From an uncultured Rhizobium sp. (GTDB lineage: Bacteria; Pseudomonadota; Alphaproteobacteria; Rickettsiales; UBA1997): a stretch of 64,000 nt of DNA. A program made the translations under genes and the position numbers. Every line of letters starts with the position of its first letter. The stretch's first letter is position 1. The notes beneath the pieces were generated by a model. That model was given only the letters and a program-made list of their open reading frames with translations. It made no database searches and was not told where the DNA came from. The stretch lies in the NCBI GenBank assembly GCA_964447395.1, contig CAYUSO010000004.1, positions 109-64,108 of the forward strand. The letters run 5' to 3'. This document shows, piece after piece, positions 50,428 to 59,547 of this stretch.

Positions 50428-52425
50428 TTACTCCTTCACAAACTCCATCACCACTTGCCCAATTCCAACTGGCTCGCCTTCTTTGAATTTGATTTTGCCG
50501 ATTTTTACATCGTGATCGGTGCGAATTGAATTTTCCATTTTCATAGCCTCGATCAGCACTAACTCTTGTCCCGCCTTAACTTCATCGCCTTCCTTAACTT
50601 TGAAACGCACGATTTTTCCGGTGATTGGCGAAGTGAGATTTACCGGTTTGGCATTTTTCTCAATCTTCGGCATAAATTTCGAAAGCTCGGCGATACGCGG
50701 CGAATAAACCGTGACGAAAGCATCAAGCCCAGAATATTGCAGCAAGTAGCTTCCCGTGTTGTTATTTTCGCGAATTTTTACGCCGACATTGCGATTGTTA
50801 ACTGTGCCGCGGAAAAGTTTTTCGCCATTATTCCACGAGGTTTTGAGTTCGATTTCTTTGCGATCGCATTCCAATTTTAAAAATCCTGGAGTTTTTTCGA
50901 TGAGATTAATCAGGTAGGATTTGTCATCGATCATCACCACCCAGCGTTCAGAAATTTGTTTTTCGCGATTACGCAATTGACCAGTCATATGGCCGTTTCT
51001 TGCATAGTTTTTGAGGAAAATTTCCATTGCTGAAGCAATGAGAACCTCTTCGGCGCGCGAGTCTAATTCGCTACCGGAAAATCCTGCTGGAAATTCATTT
51101 TTGATGAAGCTGGTTGAAATGTCTCCCGAGACGAATTTCTCATTCTTCATGATGGTTTCGAGGAAGCTGATATTGTGCGAAACACCGCCAATGGCAAAAC
51201 TTCCCAGAGCTTGACGCATATGCTCTATCGCCTCTTTTCTATCTTTGCCGTAAGAGCAAAGTTTGGCGATCATAGCATCGTAAAACATGCTGACTTCGCC
51301 ACCTTCGTAAACGCCAGAATCGACGCGAACATGAGCATTTTTTTCCGGCTCGATATAAAGATTGATGCGGCCTGATGAAGGCAAAAATCCGCGCGAAGGA
51401 TCTTCGGCATAAATGCGCGATTCCATCGCCCAGCCCTTGAGTTTTATGTCTTCTTGCTTGAATGGAAGTTTCTCACCAAGAGCGATTTTGATCATCAGCT
51501 CAACAATATCGAGGCCAGTGATGAGCTCGGTGACTGGATGCTCAACCTGCAAACGCGTGTTCATTTCAAGGAAGTAAAAATTCTTATTTTTATCCATGAT
51601 ATATTCGATGGTGCCGGCAGAAAAATACTGAACTTTTTTCGCCAAAGACTTCGATTGTTCATACATTTTTTGGCGCGTTTTTTCGTCAACAAAAGAGCTC
51701 GGCGCTTCTTCGATTACTTTTTGGTTATTGCGCTGAATCGAGCATTCGCGCTCTCCCAAGCAAACCGTGTTGCCCTGTTTATCGGCAATAATTTGGATTT
51801 CGATGTGACGCGGATTTTCGATAAATTTTTCGATAAAGATTCGATCGTCGGAAAAACTATTGCGCGCTTCGTTGGAGGCGGAAGTGAAAGCGTCTTTCAT
51901 TTCTTCTTTTTTCCACACGATTCTCATACCCTTTCCGCCGCCGCCAGCAGAAGCCTTAACCATTACTGGGTAGCCGATTTTATTGGCGATTTCTGTTGCC
52001 TCGACATCATCTTTTACAACACCCATATGACCTGGAACTGTGCTGACTCCAGCTTCAATCGCTAATTTTTTTGACTGAATTTTATCGCCCATCATTTCAA
52101 TCGAATAAACCGAAGGGCCAACGAAGATTACTCCCGCCTTCTCCAACGCATTAGCGAAATTACGATTTTCAGAAAGAAATCCATATCCCGGATGAACCAT
52201 CGTCGCGCCAGTTTTTTTCACCGCCGCGAGGATTTTTTCGACATTGAGATAACTTTGCGAAGATGGCGAATGACCAATATTCACGGCCTCGTCGGCCATT
52301 TGCACGAAGAGCGAATTGGTGTCGGCATCGGAATAAACTGCCACGGTTTTAATGCCTAATTTGCGGCAAGTTTTAATGATGCGGCAAGCAATTTCACCAC
52401 GATTGGCGATTAGTAATTTATGCAT
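50428..52425 (-). CDS. pccA: acyl-CoA (propionyl/acetyl-CoA) carboxylase alpha subunit: biotin carboxylase + BCCP
   Basis: 665-aa ORF with LIANRGEIACRI, the ATP-grasp motif GGGGKGMR, and the biotinylation motif IEAMKMEN near the C-terminus. Confidence 0.92.
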   Translation of the reverse strand: MHKLLIANRGEIACRIIKTCRKLGIKTVAVYSDADTNSLFVQMADEAVNIGHSPSSQSYLNVEKILAAVKKTGATMVHPGYGFLSENRNFANALEKAGVIFVGPSVYSIEMMGDKIQSKKLAIEAGVSTVPGHMGVVKDDVEATEIANKIGYPVMVKASAGGGGKGMRIVWKKEEMKDAFTSASNEARNSFSDDRIFIEKFIENPRHIEIQIIADKQGNTVCLGERECSIQRNNQKVIEEAPSSFVDEKTRQKMYEQSKSLAKKVQYFSAGTIEYIMDKNKNFYFLEMNTRLQVEHPVTELITGLDIVELMIKIALGEKLPFKQEDIKLKGWAMESRIYAEDPSRGFLPSSGRINLYIEPEKNAHVRVDSGVYEGGEVSMFYDAMIAKLCSYGKDRKEAIEHMRQALGSFAIGGVSHNISFLETIMKNEKFVSGDISTSFIKNEFPAGFSGSELDSRAEEVLIASAMEIFLKNYARNGHMTGQLRNREKQISERWVVMIDDKSYLINLIEKTPGFLKLECDRKEIELKTSWNNGEKLFRGTVNNRNVGVKIRENNNTGSYLLQYSGLDAFVTVYSPRIAELSKFMPKIEKNAKPVNLTSPITGKIVRFKVKEGDEVKAGQELVLIEAMKMENSIRTDHDVKIGKIKFKEGEPVGIGQVVMEFVKE

Positions 52426-52563
52426 AAATTCTTTTGGGAAAGCTTGATTGATTTGATGAGAGAACGTCTTTAAAAAAGTTCGCGGAAGCTAAAAATCGAG
52501 ACCAAAAAATCAAACTAAATTAGTTTTTGTGTTTTAACTCCAGCTCCATGAACCCACAACCGT

Positions 52564-52585
52564 CATCCTGAACTTGTTTCAGGAT
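52564..52585. repeat. family B hairpin variant (atcctgaa-cttg-tttcaggat)
   Basis: It lies in the divergent pccA/ubiA promoter region, so it is not positioned as a terminator. Confidence 0.5.
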
Positions 52586-52609
52586 CCGTCTTTTAAACAC
52601 TTCCATAAA

Positions 52610-53467
52610 ATGAAAATTCACAGCTATCTCCGACTCGCGCGCCTCAATCAACCGACGGGAATTTGGCTATTATTTTTGCCCTGCCTTTTTGGAATTTTTT
52701 TGTCGATAAAAAAATTGCCCGATCCCGATTTTATCGAAATTTTACGCATAATTTTTTTATTTCTTCTCGGATCAATAATCATGCGCTCCGCCGGCTGTGT
52801 ACTAAATGACTTAATCGATCAGAAGTTTGATGAACAAGTGGTGCGCACCAAAAATCGTCCGCTTGTCACCAAAGAAATTTCGCGCGGCGGCGCCGTGATT
52901 TTTCTCGCTTTATTGCTGATTGCGGGATTTTCAATTTTGCTGCAATTTAATCGCGCCACAATTTTAAGCGGATTTGTCGCGCTAGCATTGATTGCGGCAT
53001 ATCCTTTGATGAAACGCATCACGCATTATCCACAAATATTTCTCGGCCTTACTTTCAATTTTGGAATTTTGATGACCAGCCTGGCTATCCTTGAAAACAT
53101 TGATTTCGACGCCATTATTCTTTTTCTCGCTGCCATAATTTGGACATTAATTTACGACTCAATTTACGCCTTCCAAGACATTGTGGATGATTTGAAAATC
53201 GGCGTAAAATCCAGCGCCATAAAATTTCAAAAAGATCCGAAGAAAGTTTTATTTTTTCTAAATCTCGCAATGCTGACTCTCTTGATTTTGCTGGGCTGGC
53301 ACACCAATTTTAAATCGGAATTTTTTCTCAGTGCATTGCTAGCTTCAATGTTTTTGGACTATAAAATCAAAACTTGTGATTTCCAAAATCCCGCAAATTG
53401 TTTGAAAGTTTTTAAGTCAAATATTTGGGTTGGGATTTTGATCAATTTAGCAATTTTATTAGGATGA
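52610..53467 (+). CDS. ubiA: 4-hydroxybenzoate polyprenyltransferase
   Basis: The ATG at 52610 gives MKIHSYLRLARLNQPTGIWLL. The prenyltransferase motif NDLIDQKFD is present, and the second Asp-rich region is YAFQDIVDD. Confidence 0.9.
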   Translation: MKIHSYLRLARLNQPTGIWLLFLPCLFGIFLSIKKLPDPDFIEILRIIFLFLLGSIIMRSAGCVLNDLIDQKFDEQVVRTKNRPLVTKEISRGGAVIFLALLLIAGFSILLQFNRATILSGFVALALIAAYPLMKRITHYPQIFLGLTFNFGILMTSLAILENIDFDAIILFLAAIIWTLIYDSIYAFQDIVDDLKIGVKSSAIKFQKDPKKVLFFLNLAMLTLLILLGWHTNFKSEFFLSALLASMFLDYKIKTCDFQNPANCLKVFKSNIWVGILINLAILLG

Positions 53468-53985
53468 AAGTCGGACTTCTCGGCGGCAGCTTTAATCCTC
53501 CACATCAAGGCCATATTCACATTAGCGACTTGGCCATAAAAAAACTTGGGCTCAACCAAGTTTGGTGGATTCCAGCCAAAAAAAACCCATTAAAAGAGGC
53601 TAAAATTTATGAGGCCTATGTAGGTCGCCTTCAAAAATGCCAAAACCTCGTTCAAAACTGCCCTAAATTAAAAATTCGCCAATTTGACGAAATTTATACG
53701 GAAAAATTAATTTCAAAAATTCAGGCGCGTCACAAAAACATCGAATTTTTTTGGATTATGGGCGCGGATAATATCGAGCAGTTTCATCGATGGAAAAATT
53801 TTAAAAAACTGATTCCGATGATTCATTTAGTAATTTTTTCACGTGAAAAAATTCTGACCAAAATAAAAAAAGCTCGCGCCTGGAATTTCATCAAGCAGGG
53901 AAAATATTCGATTTTTTTCACAAAAAATTTGGATATTTCATCAAGTAAAATCAGGCAATCATCCCTTGATGGATTAATTTTTTAA
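53464..53985 (+). CDS. nadD: nicotinate-nucleotide adenylyltransferase (C-terminally shortened)
   Basis: The ATG at 53464 (ATGA overlap with ubiA) gives MKVGLLGGSFNPPHQGH. ISSSKIR is present. The last 8-10 codons and the stop are encoded by the palindromic element. Confidence 0.88.
   Translation: MKVGLLGGSFNPPHQGHIHISDLAIKKLGLNQVWWIPAKKNPLKEAKIYEAYVGRLQKCQNLVQNCPKLKIRQFDEIYTEKLISKIQARHKNIEFFWIMGADNIEQFHRWKNFKKLIPMIHLVIFSREKILTKIKKARAWNFIKQGKYSIFFTKNLDISSSKIRQSSLDGLIF
53835..53850. promoter_or_regulatory. parS-like palindrome (14/16 to tgtttcacgtgaaaca)
   Basis: tttttcacgtgaaaaa, inside nadD. Confidence 0.4.
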
Positions 53986-54175
53986 CTTCAGTTTCCCGAG
54001 CGGAGTGACTTACAATTTCAGTTCCCTGAGCAAAGCGTAGCGTCGTCGAGGGATTCAGGGGATAGACTAAAATCCGCAGTTCCCCGAGCGAAGTCGAGGG
54101 GTAGGAAAGCAAACTCCTAACCCCTCGACTTCGCTCGGGGAACTGAGAATTGTTGTCCATCAAGGAATAATCATC
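53955..54175. repeat. composite/nested palindromic element family A locus
   Basis: From left to right: the outer arm gcaatcatcccttgatggattaatttt, then a partial variant copy (gtttcccgagcggagtgac..., gttccctgagcaaagcgtagcgtcgtcgaggg). A complete core follows (54077-54147), then the right outer arm gtccatcaaggaataatcatcc. Confidence 0.8.
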
Positions 54176-54196
54176 CAAAATCAGAGAAAATAATTC

Positions 54197-54991
54197 ATGA
54201 ATAGCTACATTATCGATACTCATTGTCACCTTGATTTGATTGAGCAGAAAGGGCTTAAGCTCGAGGAAATAATTGAGAATGCGCAGCAAAATAACGTGAA
54301 AATTTTACAAACGATTTGCACACGAGTGACGGAGATCGAAAATTTGTTAAACTACACCAAAAAATATGGTTTTATTTATGCTTCGGCGGGAATTCATCCT
54401 TGTAATGTCTCAGATCAGCCAAAAATTTCTGCCGCAGAAATTGTAAAAATTTGCCAAGCAAATCCAAAAATTATCGGGATTGGCGAAACTGGATTGGATT
54501 ATTATCACGATAAATCCTCGATTGCTTTGCAAAAAAATTCTTTCTTAGAACACATAAAAGCTTCACGTGAAACAAATTTGCCGCTAATAATTCACAGTCG
54601 TGATTGCGACTCTGACATGATAGAAATTTTAGAATCGGAACAAAAAAATGGCCGATTTCCTGCGCTTCTACATTGCTTTTCCAGTGCGCCAGAACTGGCG
54701 CAAAAGGCTATCGATTTAGGAATTTACATTTCTATTTCTGGCATCGTCACTTTCAAAAATGCCACGACTTTGCAAGAAATCGTTAAAAATTTACCGCTGG
54801 AATTTTTGTTGGTCGAAACCGATTCGCCTTATTTGGCACCGCTACCACATCGCGGCAAAATCAATCAACCCGCCTTTACGCGCCATGTCGTAGAATTTAT
54901 CGCCGAGTTAAAGGGGGTTAGTGGCGAAGAAATTGCTCGAAAAACCACCGAGAATTTCTTTAAAATTTTTAAAAAAGCCCAGCCGCTTTAA
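54197..54991 (+). CDS. tatD: TatD-family metal-dependent DNase/hydrolase
   Basis: 264-aa ORF with IDTHCHLD, GETGLDY, IIHSRD, LHCFS, and LVETDSPYLAP. Confidence 0.92.
   Translation: MNSYIIDTHCHLDLIEQKGLKLEEIIENAQQNNVKILQTICTRVTEIENLLNYTKKYGFIYASAGIHPCNVSDQPKISAAEIVKICQANPKIIGIGETGLDYYHDKSSIALQKNSFLEHIKASRETNLPLIIHSRDCDSDMIEILESEQKNGRFPALLHCFSSAPELAQKAIDLGIYISISGIVTFKNATTLQEIVKNLPLEFLLVETDSPYLAPLPHRGKINQPAFTRHVVEFIAELKGVSGEEIARKTTENFFKIFKKAQPL
54559..54574. promoter_or_regulatory. parS-like palindrome (14/16)
   Basis: agcttcacgtgaaaca, inside tatD. Confidence 0.4.
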
Positions 54992-55006
54992 ACAAATTTT
55001 TCTTAA

Positions 55007-55456
55007 ATGATAAAAAATAATTTCATGTCCGCGGCCTTAGAGCAGGCTAGAATCGCTTTCGAAAAGGATGAGGTTCCAGTCGGTGCTGTTTTGGTTGAAA
55101 ATGGCAAAATCATCGCCAGTTCTTACAATCAAAATATTTTCCTAAACGATCCAACAGCTCATGCAGAAATTTTAGTTTTGCGTCAAGCTGCCGAAATAAA
55201 AAAAACTCCCCGACTCGATGATTGCGATCTTTACGTCACACTCGAACCTTGCGCCATGTGCGCTGCGGCCATTGCTTTAGCCAGAGTAAAACGAATTTAT
55301 TATGCCGCTTCCGACGAAAAATTCGGCGCCGTAGAAAATGGCGCCCGTATTTTTAATAGCTCCTCCTGCCATCACAAACCCGAAATTTACTCTGGAATCG
55401 CCGAAGAGGATTCAAAAAAATTGCTGCAAAATTTCTTTAAGATGAAGCGGGTTTAG
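55007..55456 (+). CDS. tadA: tRNA-specific adenosine deaminase
   Basis: 149-aa ORF with the CDA zinc motifs HAE and PCAMCAAA. Confidence 0.92.
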   Translation: MIKNNFMSAALEQARIAFEKDEVPVGAVLVENGKIIASSYNQNIFLNDPTAHAEILVLRQAAEIKKTPRLDDCDLYVTLEPCAMCAAAIALARVKRIYYAASDEKFGAVENGARIFNSSSCHHKPEIYSGIAEEDSKKLLQNFFKMKRV

Positions 55457-55460
55457 TTTT

Positions 55461-55730
55461 TTATTCCGCAACAAACTGTCGATTGTCCCGCAACAGACTA
55501 AATTCGGCGATTATCCCTTGATGGACAAAAACTCTTAGTTCCCCACACTGCGTCGAGGGGTTACGAGTTTGTTTTTCCTCCCCTCGACTTCGCTCGGGGA
55601 GCTAAGACTAAAAATTAATCCATCATGGAATAATCACCCTAAATTCTTACTTCTCCAAGCAAAGCGCACTAAATCCTAAGCCCCCCCCCGAGCGGAGACT
55701 AAAAATTAGCTCGTCATGGGATAATCGCCA
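55461..55730. repeat. composite palindromic element family A locus filling the tadA-parA spacer
   Basis: Three degenerate tandem outer arms (ttattccgcaacaaact / attgtcccgcaacagact / cgattatcccttgatggac). Then a core with the variant arm gttccccacactgcgtcgagggg, a second truncated copy containing a C9 run (55681-55689), and the terminal arm gtcatgggataatcgcca. Confidence 0.75.
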
Positions 55731-55731
55731 T

Positions 55732-55747
55732 TTTTTCACGTGAAACT
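55732..55747. promoter_or_regulatory. parS-like site upstream of parA (14/16)
   Basis: tttttcacgtgaaact, starting 2 nt after the element terminus. Confidence 0.55.
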
Positions 55748-55817
55748 ATTTGACAGCGGAGAAATGATTTTTAAGTTTCGCCGGCCTCGTAAAATTTCTC
55801 AAAAAACCACTCCAAAC

Positions 55818-56624
55818 ATGTCAAATCATCACCAAAATCATCATCTCAAAAGAGCAAAAGTTTTTTCAATTGTTAACCAAAAAGGCGGGGTTGGAAAAAC
55901 CACCACAGCGATCAATCTCGCCACCGCTTTTGCCGCGATTAAAAAGAAAGTTTTGGTAGTTGATATAGATCCGCAAGGCAATGCCAGCACGGGTTTTGGC
56001 GTTCCTCAATCTCAAAGACAAAAAACAATTTACGAAGTTTTAATCGGCGAATGCAGCGCGAAAGAAGCGGTGATGCCGACCAAAATTCCCAATCTAAAAA
56101 TCATCACTTCCACTGTCGATTTAGCCGCTTGCGAAGTTGAGCTAACCAATGTTGAAAAAAGAGAATATTTGCTGCGTCACGCTCTCAAGGAGGTGATTCA
56201 TGATTTCGACTGCATTTTGGTTGATTGCCCACCATCTTTAGGGGTTTTAACCGTCAATACTTTGGCCGCGTCTGATTCAATTTTAATTCCGATGCAATGC
56301 GAGTTCTTCTCGCTTGAGGGCTTGAGCCATTTGCTTACAACTCTCGATTTAGTTAAAGAAAATCTTAATCATCATCTCAAAATCAGCGGCATAATTCTGA
56401 CGATGCATGACCGTCGCAACAAGCTTACTGAGCAAGTTGAGGCCGATGTTCGCAGCTTTTTGAAAGACAAGGTTTTTAAAAATAGCGTTCCAAGAAATGT
56501 TCGTCTTTCCGAAGCGCCTTCTCACGGGCTTCCTGGTATAATTTACGATTCGAAATGTAGTGGATCAGTAGCTTATATCAAACTCGCGAGAGAAATTTTG
56601 CATCGCGAAGGGTTAAAAAAATAA
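55818..56624 (+). CDS. parA: chromosome partitioning ATPase ParA/Soj
   Basis: The ATG at 55818 was chosen. Contains the deviant Walker A NQKGGVGKTTT and DCPPSLG. Confidence 0.93.
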   Translation: MSNHHQNHHLKRAKVFSIVNQKGGVGKTTTAINLATAFAAIKKKVLVVDIDPQGNASTGFGVPQSQRQKTIYEVLIGECSAKEAVMPTKIPNLKIITSTVDLAACEVELTNVEKREYLLRHALKEVIHDFDCILVDCPPSLGVLTVNTLAASDSILIPMQCEFFSLEGLSHLLTTLDLVKENLNHHLKISGIILTMHDRRNKLTEQVEADVRSFLKDKVFKNSVPRNVRLSEAPSHGLPGIIYDSKCSGSVAYIKLAREILHREGLKK

Positions 56625-56630
56625 CAATTT

Positions 56631-56771
56631 TCGGCGATTATCCTCTGATGGATTAATTTTTTAACTTAGCTCCCCGAGCGGAGTCGAGGGGTAGGAAAGC
56701 AAACTCCAAACCCCTCGACGACGGCCTTCGGCCTTTGCTCGAGGAACTAAATTTTGGAATGAATAATCGCC
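56631..56771. repeat. palindromic element family A, full-length copy between parA and parB
   Basis: Left outer arm tcggcgattatcctctgatggattaatttt. The core is gctccccgagcggagtcgagggg-taggaaagcaaactccaaa-cccctcgacgacggccttcggcctttgctcgagg. Right outer arm ggaatgaataatcgcca. Confidence 0.8.
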
Positions 56772-56772
56772 A

Positions 56773-56788
56773 TATTTCACGTGAAACA
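56773..56788. promoter_or_regulatory. parS site (15/16 to tgtttcacgtgaaaca)
   Basis: tatttcacgtgaaaca, immediately upstream of parB and 2 nt after the element terminus. Confidence 0.7.
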
Positions 56789-56798
56789 AGAGGTAAAA

Positions 56799-57698
56799 AT
56801 GACAGAATCATCGCAACATAAAAAGCTCGGACGCGGCCTATCCGCCTTACTCGGAGAGAGCAAATCGCACAACCAATTGCCGACAAATCCCAACCAAAAA
56901 TTCGTTGAGCTGGTTAAACTCAGCAAAATTATCGCGGGCATTTATCAGCCGCGTCAAAGTTTCGACAAAAAAGAACTGGCCGAACTCGCTGAATCCATCA
57001 AAGAAAATGGCGTAATTCAGCCGATAATTTTGCGCAAAGTTGGCGATGAAGATCAATATGAAATCATTGCTGGCGAAAGAAGATTTCGCGCCACGCAACT
57101 CGCTGGCCTTAAAGAAATTCCAGCGATAATTAAAAAAATTAACAATCACGAAGCCTTGGAAATGGCGTTGATTGAGAATATTCAGAGAGCTGATCTTTCT
57201 CTGATCGAAGAGGCTAACGGCTATAAAAAACTCATCGAGGAATTTTCTTACACTCAAGATCAAATCGCTCAGAAACTTGGCAAAAGTCGTAGCCATGTCA
57301 CCAATCTTTTACGACTTCTGACTTTGCCGAAAAAAGTGCAGGATTTACTCGATCAGAAAGCCATTTCAATGGGACATGCCCGCGCCATCATTAACTCTAA
57401 CGATCCAGAAAAATTGGCTAAAAGAGTGATTGCGGAAGCGCTAAACGTGCGCCAAATCGAAGATTTAGTGCGCGATGAAAAAATCGAGAAAGCCCGCAAT
57501 ATTCCGGTTTTTGTGCGCACTGAATCAAAGATAAAATTCGTTAATAGCGAGCATCTCACCGCGCTAGAAAACAGGCTTTCGGAACTTACTGAAATGGATG
57601 TTAAAATCTCTTTTAACTCCTTTAGAAATAATGGAAAAATTTCGATTAAATTCAGCGAGTTTGATAAGGTTCAGAACTTGATTCAAAGGCTTGGATGA
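56799..57698 (+). CDS. parB: chromosome partitioning protein ParB/Spo0J
   Basis: The ATG at 56799, preceded by agagg, gives MTESSQHKKLGRGLSALLG. Also present are the ParB box IIAGERRFRA and the HTH region. Confidence 0.93.
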   Translation: MTESSQHKKLGRGLSALLGESKSHNQLPTNPNQKFVELVKLSKIIAGIYQPRQSFDKKELAELAESIKENGVIQPIILRKVGDEDQYEIIAGERRFRATQLAGLKEIPAIIKKINNHEALEMALIENIQRADLSLIEEANGYKKLIEEFSYTQDQIAQKLGKSRSHVTNLLRLLTLPKKVQDLLDQKAISMGHARAIINSNDPEKLAKRVIAEALNVRQIEDLVRDEKIEKARNIPVFVRTESKIKFVNSEHLTALENRLSELTEMDVKISFNSFRNNGKISIKFSEFDKVQNLIQRLG

Positions 57699-57723
57699 AT
57701 TTGCGCGGCACGGGTTTTATCAG

Positions 57724-57789
57724 GCTCCTCGAGCGGAGTCGAGGGGTTAGCGAATAAACTCTTATTCCCCTCGACTTCACTCGGGGAAC
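57724..57789. repeat. palindromic element family A, core copy (divergent centre)
   Basis: gctcctcgagcggagtcgagggg-ttagcgaataaactcttatt-cccctcgacttcactcggggaac. Confidence 0.7.
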
Positions 57790-57839
57790 CACAAGCATCT
57801 TTAAAAAAATAATTACCTAACAAACCACGAACTTACCAA

Positions 57840-57855
57840 TATTTCACATGAAACT
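57840..57855. promoter_or_regulatory. degenerate parS-like palindrome (13/16) containing the hisC-like start codon
   Basis: tatttcacatgaaact. The central cacgtg is changed to cacatg, and that atg (57848) is the ORF start. Confidence 0.35.
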
Positions 57856-58921
57856 TTCAGCTCATTCCTATCTTTCGGCAATTGAAAATTACATTCCGGG
57901 AAAAGCAAAAATCGGCAGTCAAAAAGCTTTAAAACTTTCTTCGAATGAGAATGCCCTTGGATCAAGTCCCGCGGCACTTACGGCTTACAAAAATCACGCC
58001 GACGCAGTTTTCCGATATGCCGATGGCTCTTGCAGTTTATTGCGCGAAGCAATCGCCGCCAAAAATAATATTTCTTCTGAGCAAATCGTCTGTGGCGCTG
58101 GATCGGATGAAATTATCGCATTTTTAACTTCAGCTTTTGCCGGGGTTGGCGATGAAGTGATTTACAGCGAACATGGCTTTTTGATGTATCCGATTTCAGC
58201 CCAAAGAGTTGGTGCGAAGGCTGTGAAGGTGAAAGAAATAAATCTGCGCGCCAATGTTGATGCGCTTCTCGCGGCAATTACTCCAAAAACAAAAATTATT
58301 TTCCTCGCCAATCCCAATAATCCAACCGGCAGTTATTTGACTGATTCCGAGGTAAAAAAACTCATCGCCGAAACGCCAAAAAATGTGCTGATTGTGCTTG
58401 ATTGTGCTTACGAAGAATTTGTCGAAACCGCCGATTATCCAAACTCCATCGAGTTGGTTAAGGCTAATGAAAATGTGGTTTTGACTCGCACTTTTTCCAA
58501 AATTTATGGCTTGGCTTCATTGCGCATCGGCTGGTGTTATTCTTCGAAAGAAATCGCTGAAATTTTGAATAAAATTCGCGGTCCATTTAACGTTGGCGGG
58601 CCAGCGCAAGTCGCTGCCGTTGCGGCTCTAGCCGATGATGAATTTTTTATCGCCTCAAAAAATCACAATAAAAAATGGCTGAAGATTTTTTTTGACGAGC
58701 TCGCCAAATCACCGAAAATTAAAGCTCATCCTTCAATTGCGAATTTTATTTTATTGGATTTTGGCACTGCCGAAAAATGCCAAGAAGCTAATCAAAAATT
58801 GCTCGCCCATGGAATTATTTTTCGCGAAATGAATGCCTATGGATTGCCAAATTGTCTGCGCGCCACCATTGGCACGGAGGAGGAAAATCTGCTAATTTTG
58901 AAGGTCTTAAAAAATATCTAA
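57848..58921 (+). CDS. hisC: class I/II aminotransferase, histidinol-phosphate aminotransferase family
   Basis: 357-aa ORF with LSSNENALG, NPNNPTG, and TFSKIYGLASLRIGW (PLP Lys). Confidence 0.82.
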   Translation: MKLSAHSYLSAIENYIPGKAKIGSQKALKLSSNENALGSSPAALTAYKNHADAVFRYADGSCSLLREAIAAKNNISSEQIVCGAGSDEIIAFLTSAFAGVGDEVIYSEHGFLMYPISAQRVGAKAVKVKEINLRANVDALLAAITPKTKIIFLANPNNPTGSYLTDSEVKKLIAETPKNVLIVLDCAYEEFVETADYPNSIELVKANENVVLTRTFSKIYGLASLRIGWCYSSKEIAEILNKIRGPFNVGGPAQVAAVAALADDEFFIASKNHNKKWLKIFFDELAKSPKIKAHPSIANFILLDFGTAEKCQEANQKLLAHGIIFREMNAYGLPNCLRATIGTEEENLLILKVLKNI

Positions 58922-58922
58922 A

Positions 58923-59540
58923 ATGAATTTCGAAAATTTACAAAACGGTGATTGGCAAAATTTTATCTATCTGGCTCTGATCTTGACTTTATTGATCGGA
59001 GGGTTGGTTTCGCGTCGCGATTTAGGTCTGACAAAAATTTTAAAAGCCTTGGCGATTTGGTCGATAATTGGCTTTGTGGCAATTGCGCTTTATACTTATC
59101 GTTTCGAATTTTCTGATTTTAAAACGCGTATTTTAGGCGAGATAAATCCAACATCGGCGAGGGTTAATGAGTCGGGAGAATTGGTGATTAATCTTTCGCA
59201 AGATGGACATTTTTATCTCGATACCAAAGTGAATGGCAAAGATCTGCGTTTTATGATCGACACTGGCGCTAGCGACATCGTGATTAGCATTGATGAGGCA
59301 AAAAGAATCGGCATCAACACGGAAAAGCTCAATTTCAACAAAGCCTATCAAACCGCTAATGGTACATCTTGGGGAGCAAATGTGGTTTTGGATAAAGTCG
59401 AAGTAGCAAATGTGAAGTTTGAAAATGTTTCAGCTTCAGTAAATAGCGCCGATATGGGGATATCGCTTTTAGGAATGAGTTTCTTACGACAATTTCAGAA
59501 GTATGAATTTTATCGCGATCGTTTGGTTCTGAAGATTTAA
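58923..59540 (+). CDS. membrane-anchored retropepsin-like (clan AA) aspartic protease
   Basis: 205-aa ORF with two N-terminal TM segments followed by the catalytic FMIDTGASDIVIS. This is the architecture of Rickettsia APRc / TIGR02281. Confidence 0.8.
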   Translation: MNFENLQNGDWQNFIYLALILTLLIGGLVSRRDLGLTKILKALAIWSIIGFVAIALYTYRFEFSDFKTRILGEINPTSARVNESGELVINLSQDGHFYLDTKVNGKDLRFMIDTGASDIVISIDEAKRIGINTEKLNFNKAYQTANGTSWGANVVLDKVEVANVKFENVSASVNSADMGISLLGMSFLRQFQKYEFYRDRLVLKI

Positions 59541-59547
59541 AGCGTTC

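Noticed and set aside
51454-52065. 203-aa ORF antisense to pccA
   Set aside because: It is a shadow ORF inside the conserved biotin carboxylase domain.
55457-57847. oriC next to parAB
   Set aside because: I looked for clustered DnaA boxes (ttatccaca) and found only isolated partial matches elsewhere, for example ggtggataa at about 29.29 kb and tgtggattt at about 10.71 kb. The spacers here are filled by palindromic elements, so an origin cannot be called from this window.
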